This document shows, one piece after another, positions 9,144-16,987 of a stretch of 64,000 nucleotides of DNA. The DNA is from Christensenella sp. UBA1214 (GTDB lineage: Bacteria; Bacillota; Clostridia; Christensenellales; CAG-138): NCBI GenBank assembly GCA_002309375.1, contig DBXK01000012.1, positions 84,009 through 148,008 on the forward strand, read 5' to 3'. The position numbers and the translations under genes were made by a program. The stretch's first letter is position 1, and each line of letters begins with the position of its first letter. Below the pieces are notes generated by a model that had not been told where the DNA came from, made no database searches, and was given only the letters and a program-made list of their open reading frames with translations.

Positions 9144-9891
9144 CGGCACCTCCATCGAGCTCGACGATACGTTTATTAAACGTTTCACGGATCATTTCGG
9201 TTGATTCATCATCGCCGAGATTTATAAGCTTACAAAGCGGCACAGTCGAAAGCAGACAATCCATCAGATCGGAAAGCGATCGGCACTGCTCCTCGGTTTC
9301 CGGCTGGACCATGAATTGGCGGAAGAAAGGGAAGATCGCGTCGCGCGCAGGCAGGGGAGAGAGCTCGTTCTTTTCGCCCTGCTCGAGAAGGACGACGCCG
9401 GCAAGCGGAGCGCAGAGCCCCTTTTTGCCGTAATTTTCCTTGCCGCACCAGCTCGTTGAATGGATCATGATGCTTCCGTCATCCCGCGGCTCGAGCACGG
9501 GCATATCGCCGGTGATCATTTCGACTTCGCCGGGATGCAGCCGCTGCCAGTTCAGGAACTGCGTCGTTTTGCCGACGCCGCTCGGCGCAGTCAAAAGCCA
9601 GGCATATCCGCGGAAGATGAACGCAGCCGAGTGGAAGATGCAGCAGCCGTAGCGGAGCAGTTCGCGCGCCGTTTCGGAGATCATGATGCGGTATTCGACA
9701 TAGCTGTCCGAAGAATCCTCCGGCAGCTCCTTTCGCCCGAGTTCGACAAGCTCCGGCGATATCCGGATATCGTATTCCTCTCCGCCCGCCGCGCGTATGT
9801 AATCGCGGAAATGGAACCTCGTTCCGGGAAAGAGGAAGCTGTACCGCACGGGATGGCCCGCATATTCAACTTCAAACACGCGCTTTGTCAT
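9130..9891 (-). CDS. HPr kinase-like P-loop serine kinase (HprK C-terminal domain family)
   Basis: The P-loop LLTAPSGVGKTTQFLNW sits in a ~250-aa protein. The start is moved to the ATG at 9891 because the track start (9915) lies at or upstream of the predicted transcription start of the 9946-9918 promoter. Confidence 0.75.
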   Translation of the reverse strand: MTKRVFEVEYAGHPVRYSFLFPGTRFHFRDYIRAAGGEEYDIRISPELVELGRKELPEDSSDSYVEYRIMISETARELLRYGCCIFHSAAFIFRGYAWLLTAPSGVGKTTQFLNWQRLHPGEVEMITGDMPVLEPRDDGSIMIHSTSWCGKENYGKKGLCAPLAGVVLLEQGEKNELSPLPARDAIFPFFRQFMVQPETEEQCRSLSDLMDCLLSTVPLCKLINLGDDESTEMIRETFNKRIVELDGGADGTL

Positions 9892-9917
9892 TGGTTCACA
9901 TAACTCACTACTCAACT

Positions 9918-9946
9918 ATTTTATCCGGATATGCATACGATGTCAA
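9918..9946 (-). promoter_or_regulatory. Near-consensus sigma-A promoter of the kinase/PqqD/lipoprotein/NTase operon
   Basis: Minus strand TTGACA (9946-9941), 17 nt, TAAAAT (9923-9918). Confidence 0.6.
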
Positions 9947-9962
9947 GATTATAATATGAGGA

Positions 9963-9991
9963 GGAACCTACACCCAACGGGCATAGGTTCC
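9963..9991. other. 8-bp stem hairpin or palindrome 16 nt upstream of the -35 (operator or terminator remnant)
   Basis: GGAACCTA, 13 nt, TAGGTTCC. No T-run follows on the minus strand. Confidence 0.4.
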
Positions 9992-10049
9992 AATTCAAAT
10001 GATCTATGTGTGCGACCTTATATCACAGTAAGGTTAAACTGTAGTACTG

Positions 10050-10071
10050 AAAAAGCTTTAAGAAGCTTTTC
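10050..10071 (-). terminator. Weak AT-rich hairpin terminator after the 94-aa gene
   Basis: Minus strand AAAAGCTT-CTTA-AAGCTTTTT, starting 12 nt after the TAA at 10083-10085. Confidence 0.35.
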
Positions 10072-10082
10072 AAGCGGGTAAA

Positions 10083-10367
10083 TTACGGTTCCCACTCCGT
10101 TTTCCAGTCCGAAGCATTGTTGCCGCAATCTACCCATTCTTCCATACTGAAACCATTCTCAGCCCACCATGTACCATAGTCATCAAATGTGCCGGAAGGT
10201 TCCTGAAGGTCATACTCACCGCACCAAACAGAGTTTAACCAAGCATTGTAGCTGCAAGGAACAGGATCGGTACCACTCTGACCGGTACCGCCGCCAATAA
10301 CAACGTCATCGGTCGGTGTTACGCCGGTGCCAAGAATATAGGGGAGCTTAAAAGCTTTCTTGCTCAT
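10083..10367 (-). CDS. 94-aa Trp-rich acidic protein of unknown function, coupled to the giant gene
   Basis: ATG at 10367, 6 nt after GAGGTG and 18 nt after the giant gene's stop. The sequence MSKKAFKLPYILGTGVTPTDDVVIGGGTGQSGTDPVPCSYNAWLNSVWCGEYDL...TWWAENGFSMEEWVDCGNNASDWKTEWEP has 7 Trp and 3 Cys and no signal peptide. Confidence 0.55.
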   Translation of the reverse strand: MSKKAFKLPYILGTGVTPTDDVVIGGGTGQSGTDPVPCSYNAWLNSVWCGEYDLQEPSGTFDDYGTWWAENGFSMEEWVDCGNNASDWKTEWEP

Positions 10368-10385
10368 TTCATACACCTCATTTCA

Positions 10386-13300
10386 TTAGTCTGCAGGAGT
10401 GAACGTATCGGTGATCATCATGAGAGACTCATTATTGGAATCGAGTGTGTAACCAATTGAGTCACAGCTCTGAAGACCATTGTAAATACGGCAAGTATTG
10501 CCAGTGACCAGCAGACCGTCGGGAGTGACCCAGAACTGAAGGACACTATTGCCGTTTGCAAGGAGATTGAGTCCGGAGCTGACATTGATGACTTCACGAT
10601 AAGTCAGCAAACCACCGGTAACGCCTTGTGCCCTAAAGACCTTCTTGGCAGTCAGCCTGATACTGTTACCGCCGTTAGAGTTCTGAACAGTTAGAGAGTT
10701 ACAAACAGTAGCTTTCTTGTTGGAGTCAACGATCATGAAACCGGTATTGAGATAGTTGGTATCATCAATATCGGAAATCAACCAAGCATTGGTGATATCG
10801 TTGTAGCCAAGATGGTAAGTATAGTGCAGATAAGGCTGCAGATACTGCCTGGCCGGGACTTCCTTGATGTAGTAGGTCGTGCCTGCGTCGGGGGTGATCG
10901 CCATACCGGTCTCGGCATCCTCGTCAGTGGTCTTGTAAGCATCATCAATACTCCAAGTCACATTGGTACCATCATACTGCTTCGCTCCGGTGCCGTTATC
11001 GGTCTGCTCATTGGTCCACTTACCGTTATTGAGAGCATCGGCGCCGCTGAATGCGGAATAGGTGAGAGCCTTCGCATCGAAGTCGTCGGACTTGCCGAGG
11101 TAGTCGTGGTAGTAACCGCCGTAGAGGTAACCCTCCGAGGTCATGTTAGCGAGGTCGAAGGTTTCGCCGGCTTTAGTGGTGCGGACGATCTTTTCAACCT
11201 CGTTGGTGCCGGAGTGGTAGACGTAGAACACGTCTGCCCAGACTGCGTACATACCGTTATAAGGCATGAGCTCATCAGCAGCAACGTACTCAACAGGTGT
11301 CCATTCGCCTTCAAATTTCGCATAGAACGTGCCATGGAGTGAATCATCGCTCGGCGCTACATACTTGAGGAAGAGATCATCCTCATTGAAGGAACGTTCT
11401 TTAACGTATGCTTCGTCTTCAGGATCATACTCGGGTTTGACCTGACTGCCTGTAGCGCTGTCGCTGATTGCGATCTTTGCCCAACCGAGGAATACGTGGT
11501 CGGTCCAGATGAGGTTATCATCCTCGCCCCAGATGAGGTCATCGACCTTGGCGCCAGTGGAATTGGGATCAGCTTCCGGATACTCGATTTCGATATTCTC
11601 GTTCATGAGAACGTCGACAGAATGCTTGTAGTCGCCGGTGCCGTTGTTGGCGTGCCAGGTGATATGAGTCTTCTCAAGCACTGCCTTCGGGCCGTAGACC
11701 GCGCGGAGAGTAACGGTGTACTGCTTGGTAACGGTCTTCTGGAAGTTCGCGGTTACGATGAGGTCCTCGGTAACGTTGTTTTCCCAAGCGTAGGTATCCC
11801 AACCGGTGAAGGTGTAGTTCTCACGGGCGGGGACTGCGGGAGCGGTAGCGCCGCTGCCTTCTTCAACGTACTCGGTCTTGAGGATCTGGCCGTTCCAGTT
11901 GACGAAGGTTACGGTGTAAACCTCGTTGCCCGATTCGGTAGTGTAATGCGCGGTGAAGGTGGTATCCGCGGTGATGGGCATCGCGTCGACCTGAGCCTTG
12001 GTATAAAGCGTAGTAGAGTCGCCGTCCTTCGCCCAACCATTGAAGATATAGCCGGTGTGCGTGGGATCCGCGGGAGCGGTGGCGCAGCTGCCTTCTTCAA
12101 CAGTCTGAGAATCGAGCTCGGCGCCTTCCCAACCGTAGAACTTTACGGTGTAGGTATCAACGTTGGCGATGAACTCCTTCTTGTAGAGCTGGAGATTAAC
12201 GCCACTGGACGTAGATGCCTGGAAATAGAGCACGGCCTGATTATCAGAATTGATTCGAGTACCGATGACTCTGTCATACTGACTGTCAATAGACGCCCTC
12301 AATCTTCCGTTATACCATGCCCAAGTATTATACACACTTACGGTTGTGGTAGAAGACGGATACAGATCGTTCGGATAAGAGCTCGACGATGTCCTAAGCA
12401 GATAATTATTGTAGACACCCTTGATCGTATATCCGCCGGAGACCTCTGTAAACACCCACTTTACGTGCTCCATTGTACCCGAGATGATACTATCATTGGA
12501 AACTCCGATCACTCTGCCCTCGCTGTCGCGAACAGCAGCAATTGCGTAGCTATAATAGTAGGTACCGCTATAATAAGCAGCGCTTGCATCCGGGTTATAA
12601 CTCATGAGCAAGTAAACAGTGCCATTGGAGCTGATACGTCCGATCAGGTATTCCTCACCGGGCTCGATCGTGGTGACCGGGACCCAGACTTCCGTACCGG
12701 AGGTGGCATCCTTTTCATAGGTAGCGGTAACGGTCTCGTTCTGCTGAACGTTGGTGTAGTTGCCGCTCCAGCCGATGAAGGTATAGCCCTCGCGGGTGGG
12801 GTTCGCGGGAGGAGTCGCGCTGCCGCCTTCGGCGACCTGTTCGGAGCTGAGGACCGTTCCGTCCCAATCCTTGAAGGTTACGGTATAGGAGGCGGCGTTT
12901 TCAACAAGCTCTGCGAATATGAAATGGCTGGCTTGCGAGTCGGAATTATCACAGTCGATGTCCATATAAGTCGTGCTGGCGTACAGATACTTGTAAGTGC
13001 TATCAGTAGTAGCGCTGGTGAAATAACCGTTTGAAACAGTCCAGTCGGTGACGGCTGTGTAGCTTGAAGTTGTTTCTCCACTGTAAACCACGTAACCGCC
13101 CGCGTTGGCCAAGTATCCCTTCGAAGCGTTAACGGATTTGAAACGCCAATAGTTCCCGTTTGCTTCGGCGGTAAACAGAAGATCGGTGAGCGTGTAGCTG
13201 GAACTGCTGAACGAATAGGTACCGTCACTGTTGGAAGACACGGTTATCGCGCTGATCTTCGGCTGGCGTCCACCGAAGTCAGAATCATGGTAATCGGTGG

Positions 13301-16300
13301 TGACCACATAGGCGGTACTATTCGCGATATATATAAGCAGGTACTTCTTGCCGGCAGTGGGAGCGGAGACTTCATTGTACTTCTCTCCGGCCCTCATTCC
13401 GCCGGTAACGCCCTTGGAACCGGTGGGGGTCACGTCGGAAACGACCGCGTCATTATAGTCGACCGTGAAGTTCTGGCCGGGGTAGACCCTCTTACCGGAG
13501 GGGGTGCCGTCGGCATTCATGATCTCATAGTAGAGGAAGACGTAGTCGTCGGGGCTGTCGGGTGCGGACGCCGTACGGCCGATAGCGTATGCGCCGTCGG
13601 TATAGGGCAGAGGATCAGTCCACTCCGTAGTGGTGCCCTCATAGTGACCGGGAATGCTGTTGCCGGGAGCCTGGATATATGAGACAGCGTTATAGAGGAT
13701 CGTGATTCCGCTTGCGCCGGGCAGAGAATAGCGCCACTTGGCGTAGAGATGGAGCTGACCGGTTACCCAATAGCGGGGTATATCGGAATTGACCCTGTCG
13801 GAATCGGGATAATCCTTCATACCGTCAGTGTTGTCATACAGCTTGGTGTTGAAGTTGAAGGAGTTCTTCATCTCGGCATCGGTGTACCAGCCCACGAACT
13901 CGTAACCGTCCCTGGTGATCTGGACGTCTTCGCCGTTGGAAATCATATTGCCCTGATCAACACGGAAATCGGGATCCTGTCCCGGAGGAAGAGTGCCGTC
14001 GTTCTCGTGAAGGAATACGCGGTACTGGATGCGCTGCCACTTCGCATAAACGGTGACGCCGCCCTCGGGCATCTTGTTGAAGTTCGCGGCAACGGTACAG
14101 GTCTTGTCAAGGTACCAACCCTCGAACATATAACCGGAATAAGCGGGCTTGAAATAGTTCGCGCCGTTCTTGTTGTAGGAGGTGATATTATCCTCATAGA
14201 GGATATCATTCGATTCACCGAGATAACCGCGGTCGGGACCGTCCGCAATCATGATCTGGTTGCCGTCGAAATAGGAACCGTCCTGATAGAGGATTTTGTA
14301 GGAGTTGCGGGTATAGTACAGCTTGATCGAGTAATCGTACGTCGAAGTCAACTCGACTGTGCCGTCGGTGCCATATGCGGGATAAGCATCACCCTGGGTA
14401 AATCCCGTGATGTCATACATATCCTCGGACTTTGTGGATTGAACACCCGGCTGGCCCTGGATGGTAATCGTCTGGTGAAGAGTATAATTCTTACCGCCGT
14501 AGCTGACTGTATTCGACGTGCCGGGAAGAGCTTCGATATAGTAGTAGAAATTGTAATCGATTTCAACACCGTAGTACAGCATACGGAAAGTTGTGCTTTC
14601 GGCAGGCATGGTCTCAAGTGCGGGGACGTCATGTTCCGAATCGAAGATCGTACTGTTCTGCGGATTCCAGAGAACGCCTTCGGGAGCGCCGTCTATGGGG
14701 AATTCGGAGGAAATATCCTGGCCGTACAGTGCAGTGATAGTATCAGCGGTTTTCCAGGTATTTACAACGTATCTTCTGTTATTGCTTACAGATACATAGT
14801 TACTACCGTTATAGTAATATGCGGTACTTGCAGATGTGCTGCCGTCAAGAGCATAATAGTTCCCATCGCTTCCCATGTAGAACAGCATGTAATAAGTACT
14901 GCTATTGCTGGGCTTGTACCAGTTACCGTAATTGCTACTCTGAGTATAAGTATTAGGTATCTGGAACGTCAGCGTATACTCATTACGGTCAAAGTACACG
15001 TTAACGACCGTGGTGCCCTTGCAGTTGATCGTCTTGCCGGAGGCGTCATTGTGATCATAGTGGAAACCGGTATACGAATAATTGGTGCCGTTGATCCTGA
15101 CGTATGCGGAATTGCCGCTGCCCTGCGGATTGATCGTAGTGATCGCGGAGTCGGAATTGCCGATGAGCTTGATCGACTGAACGAAATCGTAACCGTCGCC
15201 GGCAAGGTTCTGCTGCCAGATCAGAATGGTATACGCAGCGGTGGCGTTCTTGGTCCACTTCGCGTAAGCCGTGGTGTTCGCGCGGATAGTCTGATTGAAG
15301 TTGAACTCGGTGGTGAAGTTCGCATCGGTGTACCAACCGCCGAAGGTGTAACCGGGAAGGGTGGGATCGGCAGGCTTTACAGCGGGAGTGACGACGCCGT
15401 CCTCGCAGAATACGGGAGGATTGTAGGTCGCGCCTTTATGATCATCATCATTATACGGGTTTTCCTCGAAAATGAGCCAACGACCGGCCTGGACCTTTGC
15501 ACGGAAGGTGGTGTCGCCCATGATGGTGATGGTGGTCTTGTTGGGATAGACCGTATCGGTACCTACCATCTGCCAGCCGACGAAACGGTAACCGTCAAGC
15601 TCGGGAGTGTAGCTCTGGTCGATCGTGTACTCCAGGGAGTTTTCCTTGGTGTAAACAGCCTCGGCAAAGCGCGTTACGTCGCCGTTCTCGCTGAGGAAGG
15701 AAACGATGTAGTAATTGAAGAACATTGCATAGACCTTCATTACATCGCCTTCCTGGACGGGGTTCTCGGTATCGGTGAGACGATCCACAACTGCAGCACG
15801 GACGTAGTTGATGGTATGATCGCCGAGAACGTCGTCGGAATCATAATCGGGCTTGCCGATGATCCAACCGCAGAAAACTTTGGTATCGCCTTCAGACTGA
15901 TTAACGGTGGGGTCGGGGATGATGTTGCCGACCAGATCGACGTTCGCAGGAGTGATGTAGGCAGTGTCGATAACCGTCTCGCCGTTATAAAACTTTACGG
16001 TCAGACGGGCACGTTCACCTTCTTCACCATCGCCAATGACTGCATAAACCGAGAAGTCGCTTGCTTCGAAGGTGATGGTCGTTCCGCTGAGGTAGAAATC
16101 TTCGATTACTTCCATCTCGACAGAACCGAGCTCGCTCGCGCTGCCCTTGAAGTGGACGAGCTGGAGATCTTCGAGATCTGCGATCACGTCGTTTTCAAGT
16201 GTGACGGTAACGGGGTTGCGCGGCTCGACTTCGTTCTTGCCCTGATCGAGGAAGTTGATGTCGAGAGCGGCGTAAACATGGCCGCGCTCCGAAGAAGCGG

Positions 16301-16619
16301 CGTCGAATGCAGCCTGGACATTGCTCAAATCGTTGATCAGTGCAACATCGAGAGCGGTATCCGCGGGCAGCGCGCCCTCGGGGGCGTCGACATAGACCGA
16401 TGTTCCGCCATGGGAATCATAGGACATGGTCTGCGCCGGATAGCTGGGCTTCGGATCGGGACGGGGGAAGAAGATATCCCACCAGCGATCGAACCAGCTG
16501 CTGAGCACGGTGGTACCGTTGTCGTCAACGACTCTTGCAAGAGCCGCCTGCGGCAGAACGGAAAGCGCCATGAACAGCACCAGCACAATGGAAAGGATCT
16601 TTGCTAAGCGCGTTTTCAA
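10386..16619 (-). CDS. Giant secreted surface protein (2077 aa) with multiple Listeria-Bacteroides (Flg_new / InlB B-repeat) domains
   Basis: TTG start at 16619, 7 nt after AAGGAGG, giving the signal peptide (M)KTRLAKILSIVLVLFMALSVLPQAALA. There are at least 8 repeats of the G(Y/F)xFxGW type (GYTFGGWYTD, GYMFEGWYLD, GYEFVGWYTD, GYTFIGWSG, GYIFNGWAKD, YTFTGWDT). No LPXTG, SLH or choline-binding anchor was seen. Confidence 0.85.
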   Translation of the reverse strand: MKTRLAKILSIVLVLFMALSVLPQAALARVVDDNGTTVLSSWFDRWWDIFFPRPDPKPSYPAQTMSYDSHGGTSVYVDAPEGALPADTALDVALINDLSNVQAAFDAASSERGHVYAALDINFLDQGKNEVEPRNPVTVTLENDVIADLEDLQLVHFKGSASELGSVEMEVIEDFYLSGTTITFEASDFSVYAVIGDGEEGERARLTVKFYNGETVIDTAYITPANVDLVGNIIPDPTVNQSEGDTKVFCGWIIGKPDYDSDDVLGDHTINYVRAAVVDRLTDTENPVQEGDVMKVYAMFFNYYIVSFLSENGDVTRFAEAVYTKENSLEYTIDQSYTPELDGYRFVGWQMVGTDTVYPNKTTITIMGDTTFRAKVQAGRWLIFEENPYNDDDHKGATYNPPVFCEDGVVTPAVKPADPTLPGYTFGGWYTDANFTTEFNFNQTIRANTTAYAKWTKNATAAYTILIWQQNLAGDGYDFVQSIKLIGNSDSAITTINPQGSGNSAYVRINGTNYSYTGFHYDHNDASGKTINCKGTTVVNVYFDRNEYTLTFQIPNTYTQSSNYGNWYKPSNSSTYYMLFYMGSDGNYYALDGSTSASTAYYYNGSNYVSVSNNRRYVVNTWKTADTITALYGQDISSEFPIDGAPEGVLWNPQNSTIFDSEHDVPALETMPAESTTFRMLYYGVEIDYNFYYYIEALPGTSNTVSYGGKNYTLHQTITIQGQPGVQSTKSEDMYDITGFTQGDAYPAYGTDGTVELTSTYDYSIKLYYTRNSYKILYQDGSYFDGNQIMIADGPDRGYLGESNDILYEDNITSYNKNGANYFKPAYSGYMFEGWYLDKTCTVAANFNKMPEGGVTVYAKWQRIQYRVFLHENDGTLPPGQDPDFRVDQGNMISNGEDVQITRDGYEFVGWYTDAEMKNSFNFNTKLYDNTDGMKDYPDSDRVNSDIPRYWVTGQLHLYAKWRYSLPGASGITILYNAVSYIQAPGNSIPGHYEGTTTEWTDPLPYTDGAYAIGRTASAPDSPDDYVFLYYEIMNADGTPSGKRVYPGQNFTVDYNDAVVSDVTPTGSKGVTGGMRAGEKYNEVSAPTAGKKYLLIYIANSTAYVVTTDYHDSDFGGRQPKISAITVSSNSDGTYSFSSSSYTLTDLLFTAEANGNYWRFKSVNASKGYLANAGGYVVYSGETTSSYTAVTDWTVSNGYFTSATTDSTYKYLYASTTYMDIDCDNSDSQASHFIFAELVENAASYTVTFKDWDGTVLSSEQVAEGGSATPPANPTREGYTFIGWSGNYTNVQQNETVTATYEKDATSGTEVWVPVTTIEPGEEYLIGRISSNGTVYLLMSYNPDASAAYYSGTYYYSYAIAAVRDSEGRVIGVSNDSIISGTMEHVKWVFTEVSGGYTIKGVYNNYLLRTSSSSYPNDLYPSSTTTVSVYNTWAWYNGRLRASIDSQYDRVIGTRINSDNQAVLYFQASTSSGVNLQLYKKEFIANVDTYTVKFYGWEGAELDSQTVEEGSCATAPADPTHTGYIFNGWAKDGDSTTLYTKAQVDAMPITADTTFTAHYTTESGNEVYTVTFVNWNGQILKTEYVEEGSGATAPAVPARENYTFTGWDTYAWENNVTEDLIVTANFQKTVTKQYTVTLRAVYGPKAVLEKTHITWHANNGTGDYKHSVDVLMNENIEIEYPEADPNSTGAKVDDLIWGEDDNLIWTDHVFLGWAKIAISDSATGSQVKPEYDPEDEAYVKERSFNEDDLFLKYVAPSDDSLHGTFYAKFEGEWTPVEYVAADELMPYNGMYAVWADVFYVYHSGTNEVEKIVRTTKAGETFDLANMTSEGYLYGGYYHDYLGKSDDFDAKALTYSAFSGADALNNGKWTNEQTDNGTGAKQYDGTNVTWSIDDAYKTTDEDAETGMAITPDAGTTYYIKEVPARQYLQPYLHYTYHLGYNDITNAWLISDIDDTNYLNTGFMIVDSNKKATVCNSLTVQNSNGGNSIRLTAKKVFRAQGVTGGLLTYREVINVSSGLNLLANGNSVLQFWVTPDGLLVTGNTCRIYNGLQSCDSIGYTLDSNNESLMMITDTFTPAD

Positions 16620-16719
16620 TGTACGTTCCTCCTTATGGTAGTAGATTGAAAAGATTAACGTTTTTATTGGGTCGGCCGCGGTAAGTCCATACCTAGGCAT
16701 ATTAACCCACATATTCATA

Positions 16720-16748
16720 ATAATAGCACAAGTCAATGTTTCTGTCAA
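16720..16748 (-). promoter_or_regulatory. Sigma-A promoter of the giant-protein operon
   Basis: Minus strand TTGACA (16748-16743), 17 nt, TATTAT (16725-16720), preceded by an A8 tract (UP-like). It lies inside the track's N-terminal extension of the ORF. Confidence 0.55.
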
Positions 16749-16950
16749 GATTTAAGAAGCCAATTTAACAAGTTTTTTTTCGATTTTTCGTGCAGCAGAG
16801 GAGGCGGCTTTACCGAAGAGATCGAGAAGCATAGACAAGATAAGGAAAAATGAAAAGAGGAAGGTAACATATATACAAGAATTGCGGATGGAAAAGACCA
16901 AATATAAACTGATTTGGAGTATACTTCGTCCTCGTCAAACGTGAAAGATA

Positions 16951-16979
16951 TTGCAATTCCTAATTATATGTTGTATAAT
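16951..16979 (+). promoter_or_regulatory. Sigma-A promoter at the head of the glycan super-locus
   Basis: TTGCAA (16951-16956), 17 nt, TATAAT (16974-16979). The first ATG (16988) lies only 8 nt after the -10 and has no RBS. Confidence 0.55.
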
Positions 16980-16987
16980 TAAACATA

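Noticed and set aside
10083-10367. Double-glycine (class II bacteriocin-type) leader in the 94-aa protein (DDVVIGGG)
   Set aside because: The upstream residues do not fit the conserved hydrophobic/acidic leader pattern, since positions -7 and -8 are Asp-Asp rather than Leu/Glu-type. The nearby ABC exporter (16988-18769) also lacks a C39 peptidase domain.
7260-10376. Interpreting the HprK-like/PqqD/NTase region as a complete lasso-peptide cluster
   Set aside because: The operon and its flanks contain no AsnB-like macrolactam synthetase, no transglutaminase-like B2 protease and no short precursor with a Thr at the penultimate leader position. The gap at 9916-10082 encodes only 10-11 codon ORFs.
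11496-16607. Plus-strand ORFs of 512 aa (11496-13034) and 952 aa (13749-16607) inside the giant gene
   Set aside because: They are antisense to the 2077-aa Flg_new-repeat protein. Their composition (Gly/Val/Ile/Asp runs) mirrors the complement of the Thr/Tyr/Asn-rich sense frame, and they contain no recognisable domains.
16620-16748. 43-codon N-terminal extension of the giant ORF (MTETLTCAIIMNMW...) given by the track
   Set aside because: It contains the gene's own TTGACA-17-TATTAT promoter and has no RBS. The TTG at 16619 sits 7 nt after AAGGAGG and yields a canonical signal peptide.
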